Notes under the pieces: model-generated
What the model saw: only the letters and a program-made list of their open reading frames with translations
What the model was told of the DNA's origin: nothing
Database searches by the model: none
NCBI GenBank assembly: GCA_963754315.1
Contig: CAVWFS010000005.1
Location: forward strand, 1 to 64,000
Source of the DNA: an uncultured Candidatus Rokubacteria bacterium
Lineage (GTDB): Bacteria > Methylomirabilota > Methylomirabilia > Rokubacteriales > CSP1-6
Length of the DNA: 64,000 nt
Direction of reading: 5' to 3'
Position numbers and translations under genes: made by a program
Part shown: positions 20,956 to 29,088 of the stretch, in pieces
How positions within the stretch are numbered: position 1 is the stretch's first letter
How the letters are laid out: every line of letters begins with the position of its first letter

Positions 20956-22131
20956 CTACTCGACCGGCAGCATCTGGCCGTTGGACCACCGCGTCATCAC
21001 GAGGTCTTCTGGCAGCAGCGCATCATGCCGGTCACGCGTGAAGACGGGGCGGTTGAACTCGCGCAGGAGCCCTTTGAAGTTGGGAATGTCTTCCAGTCCG
21101 TCGCGGATTTTGCTCGGGTCGTCCGAGCCAGACTTACGGACGGCGATCTCGATCAGCTTCACGATGTCGTAGCTGTGGATGGCGCCCGGGAAGGTGGTGA
21201 TGCTGCCCTTGCCGTGCCGCCGCTCGAACTCCTCCACGAAGGCCTGGCGCGCCTTGGACTGCGGCCCGTCCGGGGTGGCCGTTGTCAGCACGTAGACGCC
21301 CTCGCCCAGCTCCTTGGCATTGTTCCAGAACTGCGCGTTGGCGATGCCCCACGCCGAGACCACGGTGGGCCGGTAGCCCATCTTGGCCATGCTGCGCAAC
21401 ATGGCGGTCGCCTCGGCGACCTGCCCGTAGAACAGCAAGGTGTCCGCGCCCGCCCGTTGCGCGCGCCCGAGCTGGGCGGTGAGGTCGGTGTCCTTGAAGT
21501 TGAACTTCTCCTCGGCCACCGGCGTCAGATTCGCTTCCTTGAGCGTCTTGGCCATCTCCACCCGGCCGCCCTCGCCCCAACCGGAGTTCTCGACGATGAT
21601 CGCGAACTTCGACTTCTTGAGCTTCTTGGTGGCGAACTCCACGAGAGATTTCGCCTGTCCCGAATCGAACATGCCGTAGCGGTAGAGATAGTTCGGCTTC
21701 TTCTCCTGCCAGGCCTTGTTCCACACGATCTCCGTAGCGGCGGAGAAGGGCAGGATCATCGGGACGCGGAGCTCATCGTTCAGAATGGGAGCGACGGCCA
21801 GTCCGGCCGTGCTGGCCGTGGGGCCGAACATCACGCTCACACTCTCCTTCTCGACCAGCTCGCGTACCGCGGCCACGTGCTTGGTCGGATTGTGCTCGTC
21901 GTCGCGAGCCACCAGCTCGACCTTGCGCCCATTGATGCCGCCCCTGGCATTGATCTCGTCGGCGGCGATCTGAGCCGCTCGCGTCGACGTCACCCCCGCC
22001 CAGCCGACCGCCCCCGTCATGGCCTGAGGAATTCCGATCTTGATGGGCTTGCCCTGCGCCCCGGCCGTGCTGGTGAGGCCGAACGCCAGCGCAAGTGCCA
22101 TACCGACGACGAACACGCCCCTACGCATCAT
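20956..22131 (-). CDS. LivK-like periplasmic binding protein
   Basis: Signal peptide, PIKIG, INARGGINGRKVELVARDD. Confidence 0.88.
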   Translation of the reverse strand: MMRRGVFVVGMALALAFGLTSTAGAQGKPIKIGIPQAMTGAVGWAGVTSTRAAQIAADEINARGGINGRKVELVARDDEHNPTKHVAAVRELVEKESVSVMFGPTASTAGLAVAPILNDELRVPMILPFSAATEIVWNKAWQEKKPNYLYRYGMFDSGQAKSLVEFATKKLKKSKFAIIVENSGWGEGGRVEMAKTLKEANLTPVAEEKFNFKDTDLTAQLGRAQRAGADTLLFYGQVAEATAMLRSMAKMGYRPTVVSAWGIANAQFWNNAKELGEGVYVLTTATPDGPQSKARQAFVEEFERRHGKGSITTFPGAIHSYDIVKLIEIAVRKSGSDDPSKIRDGLEDIPNFKGLLREFNRPVFTRDRHDALLPEDLVMTRWSNGQMLPVE

Positions 22132-22307
22132 GGTCGATCCTCCTCTGTGGTGAGCCAGCGCCGCCAGCATGTTCTCAAGACCTCTCGGGCCGGTCAATCG
22201 CCACAAGCTGCTCGACTTCAAGGAGCGGTACAATCGCGAAGTGGCTCGGCGAGCGCCACGGGCATCTCGGTGAGGGACGCCCAGACCATCAGGGAGGTGC
22301 TCCCTTC

Positions 22308-22871
22308 ATGAATCCCACCAACCGTCCAGCCGCTCCGGGCCTGTCGAGTCTCGCCCTGATCGTTCTCGTGGGAGTCTTGGCGCTCAGCACTTCGCCCCCG
22401 GCCTTCGGTCAAAGCAGGTGCTGGACAACCGTCGGATCGGCCGGAACGGTGGACGAAGCCGATACGAGCATCGTGTTGCTGGAGCTGCACAAGGCCACCA
22501 TCAAGCCAACCCTGAGGGCCGGCACCCTGAATGTCCGCTACAACATCGTGGCGACGGAAGGATTGTCTGGCGGGGATCGCATCGGGATGCAGGTTCGTTA
22601 CACCGACAATGGCGCGAGCGCGCAGGTCGTCGTCCGTCTCAACGAGATCAACCTTCACACCGGGGCCACCACCACCAGAATCTCCTTCGACAGCAACATG
22701 TTTCCCCAAGCTGCCGGGGCTCAGCTGCAGGGTGCGGGGACCGCGTGTGGGAGCGGATCGTTCTTCAACTTCACCGCCAATGCGTACTACCTCGATGTCG
22801 AGATCATCAAGACCGGGATCTCGGGCACCCCGGTGCTGGAGGGCGTTAACGTCTGCTTGAGTATTTGCTGA
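22308..22871 (+). CDS. Secreted beta-rich hypothetical protein
   Basis: RBS GGGAGGT; signal peptide ending AFG; 4 Cys; no recognisable family. Confidence 0.6.
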   Translation: MNPTNRPAAPGLSSLALIVLVGVLALSTSPPAFGQSRCWTTVGSAGTVDEADTSIVLLELHKATIKPTLRAGTLNVRYNIVATEGLSGGDRIGMQVRYTDNGASAQVVVRLNEINLHTGATTTRISFDSNMFPQAAGAQLQGAGTACGSGSFFNFTANAYYLDVEIIKTGISGTPVLEGVNVCLSIC

Positions 22872-22903
22872 GGCCCCAAGTCTGCCGTCTCGACGCGACG
22901 CGT

Positions 22904-23314
22904 TCACGCCTGGCCCCACAGTCCCCGCCCGGCCTCCCTCGCTTCGCGCTGGAGCGCCAGAAACAGCGACTGGTATCTCACGTTCGGCGGGATCGTCATC
23001 ACCTGGGCGAACCCTTGGCGAATCATCTCGGCGTTGGCCATCACCCGCGCGCATGCCCCCCGCACCCAGACGTAGGCGAGCAGGCGCCCATGGGTGTCCC
23101 GCAGGGCGGAATCGAGTTCAAGCCCCGCCGTCTTTCGTGCCACCAGGTGCAGGTTCACCGCATGCGCCTGGACGCCGCCCTCGCGCCAGCCACGCGCCTC
23201 GGGGCGTGGGACCTCAGGGGCGTTGACGCCGATGTAGCGCACCTTCTCCAGCCGCGACCCGATCCGCACGTGGATCGTGTCGCCGTCCACCACCCACACG
23301 ACACGCCCTGTCAT
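22904..23314 (-). CDS. Thermonuclease (SNase-like) family nuclease
   Basis: VVDGDTI, VRYIGVNAPE, RDTHGRLLAYVW, NAEMIRQGFA, AREAGRGLW. Confidence 0.9.
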   Translation of the reverse strand: MTGRVVWVVDGDTIHVRIGSRLEKVRYIGVNAPEVPRPEARGWREGGVQAHAVNLHLVARKTAGLELDSALRDTHGRLLAYVWVRGACARVMANAEMIRQGFAQVMTIPPNVRYQSLFLALQREAREAGRGLWGQA

Positions 23315-24795
23315 CACCGCGTGTCTCGTGGACCGCGGGCGAGGTACGCCTCCAGAAAGTCTGCCCATCGCGTCCGCTGTGCGAAGGCAAGCTCCCGGTA
23401 GAACACCCATACGTCCCGGAGCGGGAAGTAGATCGACAATCCCCGCGCCTCGCCCATGCGCGGGCCAGCGTGGGCCTCGGCGATGATGGGACTCTTGGCC
23501 CCCCGTCCCTCGAGGATCCCGACGACATCCGCGCACGCGTGGCGCACGGCGGCCCGGTCGCTCCTGACCGCCAGGCAGGATGCGAAGTGATGCAGATCGA
23601 CGTAGTTGTCGTCAAAGAAGCTGAGCGCCCGGCGCCGCGCCTCGGCAATCGCCACGCGGACCCCGGGCAGCGCCGCGAGAAGCACGCGCGCCAGGCGGTC
23701 CACCGCATCCACCAGGTCGTCCAGGCGGGAGAGATCAATCGCCGACTGGGTGACGCCCTGCCAGCTCCGCCTGTAGGTCTGCACGTAACGCCGGACGATC
23801 GCAGCAGCCAGCTCGGCCGGGCCCATCGAGGGTCGCGCGGTGAGATCCCGCAGGATGGCCGCGTACGGCCAGCCGGTCCCAGGCTCGATCTCCTCGGAGC
23901 CAACCAGTACGCACGCGTGATCGCGGATCTGCCAGGCGATCTCCAGCATCGCCATGAGACAGGCATCCATGCCGACGAGGTCGATCTTGCGTCCCAGCAA
24001 CCGATGCCCGGTCGCGAGCACGCGCTCCAGCTCCCGAGTGTCCAGGCAGTCGCCCGACCGCTCGTCGTAGGCCAGGCCGAATCCGCGGGGGTCGAACCGC
24101 CCGATGCCGGCAGGCGCGGGCGCTCCGCTCAGCGTCGGCATCTCATCAGGTACGTAGACACCAGAGCCGTGGTTCCAGATGATCAACGCGTAGCGCTCGG
24201 CGGGATAGGCGCGCACGCCGAAGGCCAGGAACTCCTCAAGCACCTGTGGGTCGCCCGTGTTCGTTTCGCCGAGTTCCGCCAGCACGGTCGACGTGATCCG
24301 GTGTCGGGTACTCCCGCGCGTGATGTGGTAGCGGCGGGTTGCCTCGCGCGCGCCATTCGGGCGGTCCTGGCCGGGAGCACGATCCACCTGGACCACGATC
24401 TCCACCTGGCCCGAGCGAGAGCCGACGCGCTCCATCTCCTTGATGTCGGCGAAGGCGGCGGCTTCGAGATCGTTGTCGGCGGCCAGATACGCCAAGATGG
24501 TCCACGGAGCCTTGACGATCGGGGTCCCCGGCCGATGGCATGGCGCGAGTCGAGAAGTCGCTCCCAGGGAACGTGGATCAACCGGGAAGGGTCGTCTTGC
24601 GGTGCGGCACCGCGCGCAGGCGTAGTGGGTCGGCTCCACGACCCGGTAGGGCCATCGCCTTGCGCCACAGACCGCACACGTGACCTCCCATGTCCGGGGG
24701 TGGGAATGCACGGAGCAGCCGCACGTCGGGCATGTCGGCGCAGACCTCGACGATCTGGTTGGGCTGGTGGCGTCAAGGACGACCTCACCCGCCAT
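23314..24795 (-). CDS. Clostripain-family (C11) cysteine peptidase with N-terminal Cys-rich (Zn-binding) extension
   Basis: WTILAYLAADNDLE, NTGDP, IIWNHGSG (His), GMDACLMAMLE (Cys), GSEEIEPGTGWPY, GLSIYFP. N-terminal CPTC, CAVC, CARC may be a separate ORF. Confidence 0.85.
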   Translation of the reverse strand: MAGEVVLDATSPTRSSRSAPTCPTCGCSVHSHPRTWEVTCAVCGARRWPYRVVEPTHYACARCRTARRPFPVDPRSLGATSRLAPCHRPGTPIVKAPWTILAYLAADNDLEAAAFADIKEMERVGSRSGQVEIVVQVDRAPGQDRPNGAREATRRYHITRGSTRHRITSTVLAELGETNTGDPQVLEEFLAFGVRAYPAERYALIIWNHGSGVYVPDEMPTLSGAPAPAGIGRFDPRGFGLAYDERSGDCLDTRELERVLATGHRLLGRKIDLVGMDACLMAMLEIAWQIRDHACVLVGSEEIEPGTGWPYAAILRDLTARPSMGPAELAAAIVRRYVQTYRRSWQGVTQSAIDLSRLDDLVDAVDRLARVLLAALPGVRVAIAEARRRALSFFDDNYVDLHHFASCLAVRSDRAAVRHACADVVGILEGRGAKSPIIAEAHAGPRMGEARGLSIYFPLRDVWVFYRELAFAQRTRWADFLEAYLARGPRDTR

Positions 24796-25045
24796 GCGGA
24801 ACCCCTCGCGCGATCAAGGTGCTCAGGTTCTCGATGGTCACCGCCAGGCGCTCGTAGGCCGCCGCGTTCCGCTCGATCACCTGCAGCAGGCGGTCCTCGC
24901 GCCGCTCCTGGCGATCACGGTCCCCCTCGTGGCGCGCGCGCTCGCGCAGGAAGTCTTGCCGATAGAACAGGAACATCACGTAGGCGAGGAGCCCGCCCAC
25001 CCCAAGCGGGGTCAGAAACTTCAGGATGACGTCGAAGTCGCTCAC
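24785..25045 (-). CDS. Small single-TM + coiled-coil protein, BhlA/UviB holin-like
   Basis: 86 aa: LTPLGVGGLLAYVMFLFYRQD..ERREDRLLQVIERNAAAYERLAVTIENL. GTG overlaps the loader stop. Confidence 0.55.
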   Translation of the reverse strand: MSDFDVILKFLTPLGVGGLLAYVMFLFYRQDFLRERARHEGDRDRQERREDRLLQVIERNAAAYERLAVTIENLSTLIARGVPHGG

Positions 25046-25800
25046 GCCCGCGCTCGCCTCCGCCAGGAAGACCACTGGCACCAGTACGCCTGGTTGGTCT
25101 CGGCCAGGCGGTCCACGAGCGGTTCGCCCAGCCGGTGCCGCAGGGCCTCCAGGTCGAGGTTGGTGGTGATCGTCGTCGGCAGCCGGTCCTCGTATCGCGC
25201 ATTCACGACCAGGTAGAGCGTCTCCAGCGCCCAGTCGGTGAGGCGCTCTCGGCCGAGGTCGTCCAGGACCAGGTGATCGCACGTCGTGACGAGGTCCAGC
25301 TGGTCCTCGAAGCGCCGGGGCTCGGTTCCCTGGAAGCTCGATCGGAACGTGAGAAACAGCCAGGGCACGTTCACGATCACGGCGGCGATGCCACGCTCGA
25401 TCAGGGCCCGGGTAATCGCCACGGCGAGGTACGTCTTGCCCGTGCCCGATGGGCCGGCCAAAGTGAGGCCCTTGCCATGGTCGGGAAAGTGCTCCACGAA
25501 CTCGCGACAGAGCCTCAGCACCGGTCGGGAGTCCGCCGTCGCCTCGAAGGTGTCGAATGTCGCCTCCTGGTGGCGGACGCCGATGCCTGACTGCCGCAGA
25601 AGGCGACGGGTCTTCCTCTGGTGCTCCTGCAGCCGCCGCTCGCGCGCCTCCGCCGCGCGCTGCTCGGCGAGACACGGGCAATCGGCGACGACGGTCCGAT
25701 GTCCCAGCCCGAAGGGTAGGTCGATACCTGCCACCGTGAGCGGGCGGCCGCAGTGCTCACACACGGCGGCGGCGACAGCAGGCGGCGTTTCGGCAGGCCG
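25042..25800 (-). CDS. DnaC/IstB-like AAA+ helicase loader
   Basis: CEHC..CPC Zn motif, GIGVRHQEATFDTF, Walker A GPSGTGKTYLAVAI, LVLDDLG, TTITTNL. Start uncertain. Confidence 0.88.
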   Translation of the reverse strand, partial: RPAETPPAVAAAVCEHCGRPLTVAGIDLPFGLGHRTVVADCPCLAEQRAAEARERRLQEHQRKTRRLLRQSGIGVRHQEATFDTFEATADSRPVLRLCREFVEHFPDHGKGLTLAGPSGTGKTYLAVAITRALIERGIAAVIVNVPWLFLTFRSSFQGTEPRRFEDQLDLVTTCDHLVLDDLGRERLTDWALETLYLVVNARYEDRLPTTITTNLDLEALRHRLGEPLVDRLAETNQAYWCQWSSWRRRARA

Positions 25801-25808
25801 CAGGTCTG

Positions 25809-26033
25809 CTATACCGCGCTCCGGCCCCGACGCAACTCGCCAAGTTCGACGGGTGTCAGGGTCACCGTGAGCGCCTTTGCTCGGTTCAGGAGTTGGCCCG
25901 CTCGGTGTTCTTCCGGAAAGATGTCCATCATCCCTCCGTAGCGCGCCAGCAGCTTCGTGGCCCGCCCCTCGTACTTCAGGATCTTCCGGACCTTCGCCGA
26001 ACAGCGTTCGTCCATACCTCCTCCGCTCACCAC
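25809..26033 (-). CDS. Small hypothetical protein in replication module
   Basis: About 70 aa ORF with RBS GGAGGAGGT before ATG, between initiator and loader. Confidence 0.5.
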   Translation of the reverse strand: MVSGGGMDERCSAKVRKILKYEGRATKLLARYGGMMDIFPEEHRAGQLLNRAKALTVTLTPVELGELRRGRSAV

Positions 26034-26914
26034 AGGCGCGTGACACCCGTGGGGTATGTGGGGTGAGAGGGATCACGACGCGACTCGGGTGCTGCCGACT
26101 TTCGCGTCGTGAAGTGCTGGAGTGACTGCCAGACGTAGTCGAGGGTGAGCTGCCTCGCGTCCTCGCCGCGACGCCGGAACCGCTCCACCGCGCGCGTGAT
26201 GGCCTTCTGGACCATGGCCGGCGTGTGGGCCGCATCGAGGCGCGGGAGCAAGTCCAGCTCGTGTGGTTCGACGCTCTCGCGCCCGGTCTTGAACAGGAAG
26301 TACTCGACGGTCTCGCGTAGCGCGGCCGGCGCCTGCCTGAGCGCCTCGTCGCGCGTCAGCGGACGTAACGACGCATCGTCAGCGAGGTTGTCGCCGGCGG
26401 CCGTTGCTCGCCGCCCCTCCTGATTGCTCTCCTGCCCATCGGTTCCGTCCGCGGAGCGGACACGAAGTGGAGTAGTAGTAGTAGTTCTTACTTCTCTATT
26501 CTTGCCGTCCCGATTCGGGCTGCTGCGGCGCGTACTTAGGGAGGTGACCTGTAGCGGCACCTGTAGCCGGACCTGTAGCGCACTCGCCTCGGATGCGAAG
26601 TGCTCGTGATACTTTTCGATCGCGATTGCACAGAGTTGCCGGCGGCCGCTCGGATAGCTGTAGCGAATGTACTGGTCTCGCCGCAGCATCGAGAAATCGC
26701 GGCGCACCGTCACCGGATGGAATCCGAGCTCTGCCGCGACCTGTGCCGGGCTTGTTCGCGCGATCCCCGTCTTGTGGTTCGCCTCCATGAGAAGCCAAAC
26801 GAACACTGCGAAGCGGGAGGCCTTCAGTCGTCCGCTCCGCACGTGCTCCGCGAGCCCTCTCCGGAGAGCGACGAAGGGCTTGCGCCGACGACGGGTCGAG
26901 GTGGTGGCCGTCAT
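26027..26914 (-). CDS. Phage/plasmid-type replication initiator (N-terminal winged HTH, DnaD-like C-terminus)
   Basis: FAVFVWLLMEANHKTG..TSPAQVAAELGFHPVTVRRDFSML, a low-complexity linker with DNA repeats, and a helical C-terminus. Lies upstream of the DnaC-like loader. Confidence 0.7.
   Translation of the reverse strand: MTATTSTRRRRKPFVALRRGLAEHVRSGRLKASRFAVFVWLLMEANHKTGIARTSPAQVAAELGFHPVTVRRDFSMLRRDQYIRYSYPSGRRQLCAIAIEKYHEHFASEASALQVRLQVPLQVTSLSTRRSSPNRDGKNREVRTTTTTPLRVRSADGTDGQESNQEGRRATAAGDNLADDASLRPLTRDEALRQAPAALRETVEYFLFKTGRESVEPHELDLLPRLDAAHTPAMVQKAITRAVERFRRRGEDARQLTLDYVWQSLQHFTTRKSAAPESRRDPSHPTYPTGVTRLW
26471..26579. repeat. Putative intragenic origin: three ACCTGTAGC iterons plus adjacent AT-rich tract
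   Basis: ACCTGTAGC at 26547, 26559, 26571 (12-bp period); AGTAGTAGTAGTAGTTCTTACTTCTCTATT at 26471-26500. Confidence 0.6.
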
Positions 26915-27057
26915 AGGCCAGAAGGTCTCGGCTCGGCACAGACTGCGAGCGACGATGGTCGCATCCAGCGAGGGGGCGACGGCGAGCTTCGGCACGGCAC
27001 TCGGCTATCGCAAGGCGATTGCCAGTCGTGGGAGATGCTCAGCAACTCTTCATAAAC

Positions 27058-27333
27058 ACACGCCAACCACGGCCGCCCGTCCGAGCTGAGGCGGGGCTGA
27101 GACGAGGGGGTTGGCGTTTGCTGGCGACTGGTTGGCGTTTAGGTTGGCGTTTCCGGGGTTCGAGTTGGCGTTTCCGGCCCTTTTGCGGGCCCGATGGCAG
27201 ACTTTCCCGAGGTTGTTCGGGCCTCGTCTCGATCAATGATTCTGCCCTCGCCTGGCGAAAAAGCTCACGTCTCATGGGTTTCCGCCGCGCCCGCGGAAAC
27301 GCCAACTAAATGCCAACCCCGGGGTTGGCGTTT
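27058..27333. repeat. Cluster of GTTGGCGTTT decamers in both orientations
   Basis: Direct copies at 27110, 27131, 27143, 27164, 27324. Inverted copies at 27297 (exact), 27308 and 27058 (1 mismatch each). 27308-27333 forms a near-perfect palindrome. Confidence 0.85.
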
Positions 27334-27342
27334 ACGCGGTGG

Positions 27343-28191
27343 CTAGCCCTTCAAGCCGCTCAGGCGCACGCCTTCGACGATCCTCCGGTTCGCCACCAGG
27401 AAGACGATCAGCAGCGGGACGGCGCTCAGCGCCGCGCCGGCCATGATCGGCCCGTACGATTCCGAGCTGTAGGCGCTCCGTAGCAGTGCCAAGGCCACGG
27501 GCAAGGGAAACATCTCGGGCTTGTTGACCGCGATCAGCGGCCACAGGAAATCATTCCAGGCGGAGCGAAACGTGAAGATGCCGAGCGCGGCCAGGGCCGG
27601 CTGGGAGAGCGGCAGCACGATGCGCGTGAAGACCTGCCAGGCGTTGGCGCCGTCGATGCGGGCCGCGTCCTCCAGCTCACCCGGCATGGTCACGAAGAAT
27701 TGCCGCAGGAGGAACACCCCGAACGCGAACGTCGTCGCCGCCTCCGGCACGATGAGGCCTTGATAGGTGCTCAGCCAGCCGAGCCCATGGACCAGGACGT
27801 ATTGCGGCACCAGCACCACCGCGTTCGGGATCATCAGGCTCCCGACGAGCACGGTGAAGACGGCGGTGCGACCGGGAAACCTGAGGCGCGCGAGCGCGTA
27901 CGCCGACATCGCGCTGGTGAGGAGGACGACCGCCGTGGTGCCCATCGCGATCACCAGGCTGTTGGCGAAGGCGCGGCCGATGCGCGCCGTGCGCGAGCTG
28001 CCCAGCAGCACCTCGTGGTAGTGGGCAAGCGTGGCTGGCCACGGAATCCACTCCGGCGGCACCCGCACGATGTCGGCGCTCATCTTCAGCGACGTCACCA
28101 CCACCCACACGATCGGCAGCAGCCACAGGACGCCGAGGGCCAGCAACGACCCGGTGAGGAGCAGCCACTGCCCGTCGACGCGGCGCCCCAC
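27343..28191 (-). CDS. Carbohydrate ABC permease (MalG-like)
   Basis: AYALARLRFPGR, ELEDAARIDGA, WNDFLWPL. Confidence 0.92.
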   Translation of the reverse strand: MGRRVDGQWLLLTGSLLALGVLWLLPIVWVVVTSLKMSADIVRVPPEWIPWPATLAHYHEVLLGSSRTARIGRAFANSLVIAMGTTAVVLLTSAMSAYALARLRFPGRTAVFTVLVGSLMIPNAVVLVPQYVLVHGLGWLSTYQGLIVPEAATTFAFGVFLLRQFFVTMPGELEDAARIDGANAWQVFTRIVLPLSQPALAALGIFTFRSAWNDFLWPLIAVNKPEMFPLPVALALLRSAYSSESYGPIMAGAALSAVPLLIVFLVANRRIVEGVRLSGLKG

Positions 28192-29082
28192 TCAGTACTC
28201 CGTGTGTCCGCGCAGCAGGCGGAACTGCACCACGGAGAAAGCAAGGATGATCGCGAACAGCACCCACGCCATGGCGGAAGCCGCCCCGAACTGGAAGAAG
28301 TTCTGGAAGGCTGTCTCGTAGAGATGCTGGACCACCGTCCGCGTCGAATCGCCGGGGCCGCCGCCGGTGAGCACGAAGACCTGCCCGAAGAGCTGAAACG
28401 ATCCGATCACGTGGGTCACCACCACGAAGAGCACCACCGGCCGCAGCAGCGGCAAGGTGATCGCCCAGAAGCTACGCCAGCCCCCCGCGCCGTCGAGGGC
28501 AGCCGCCTCGTACAGATCGCGCGGAATATCCTGCAGCCCGGCCAGGTAGATCACCAGGTAATAGCCTGTCACCCACCAGACCGTCGTTCCGATGATTGCC
28601 CACATCGCCGTCGAGGGATCGCCGAGCCAGGACCGCACCGGCACGCCGGCCGAGCGCAGGTAGTAGTTGAAGGGGCCGACCACCGGGTCGAGCAGCCAGA
28701 GCCACGTGAGCCCCACCGTGACCACGGACAAGGTGAACGGAAAGAAGAACACGCCACGCAGCAAGGTGCGCAGCCCGCCGCGGTTCAGCGCGAGCGCCAG
28801 CACGAGGGGGATCACGAGGATGGGCACGGTACTGGCGACGGTGTAGAACGCCGTGTTGGCGAGGCTGACATGGAAGCGCGTGTCGTCGAGCAGCCGCGTG
28901 TAGTTCGCGAGGCCGACGTACTGGAGGCTGGCGCGCCCGAGCCGCGCGTTGGTGAACGACAGCCGCAGCCCCTCCAGCAGCGGGTACACACGGAAGGCGG
29001 CGAACAGCACGAGCCCGGGGGCGAGAAACAGGTAGGCCGTCCACGCCTGCCGCCAGCGCCGGCGCCCCGCCGGCGCGCTCAT
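28192..29082 (-). CDS. Carbohydrate ABC permease (MalF-like)
   Basis: YVGLANY, YLAGLQDIPRDLYEAAALDGA, ITLPLLRP. Confidence 0.92.
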   Translation of the reverse strand: MSAPAGRRRWRQAWTAYLFLAPGLVLFAAFRVYPLLEGLRLSFTNARLGRASLQYVGLANYTRLLDDTRFHVSLANTAFYTVASTVPILVIPLVLALALNRGGLRTLLRGVFFFPFTLSVVTVGLTWLWLLDPVVGPFNYYLRSAGVPVRSWLGDPSTAMWAIIGTTVWWVTGYYLVIYLAGLQDIPRDLYEAAALDGAGGWRSFWAITLPLLRPVVLFVVVTHVIGSFQLFGQVFVLTGGGPGDSTRTVVQHLYETAFQNFFQFGAASAMAWVLFAIILAFSVVQFRLLRGHTEY

Positions 29083-29088
29083 CGGACG

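Noticed and set aside
20740..22311. Long antisense ORFs (also 23470..25029, 27700..29313, 47622..48953, 53771..55345)
   Set aside because: Shadow frames of well-supported genes, expected at high GC.
25042..25800. IS21 element (IstB)
   Set aside because: No IstA transposase; the Zn motif and upstream initiator indicate a DnaC-like loader.
27058..27333. Decamer cluster as a CRISPR array
   Set aside because: Repeats are only 10 bp, irregularly spaced and in both orientations; no cas genes in the window.
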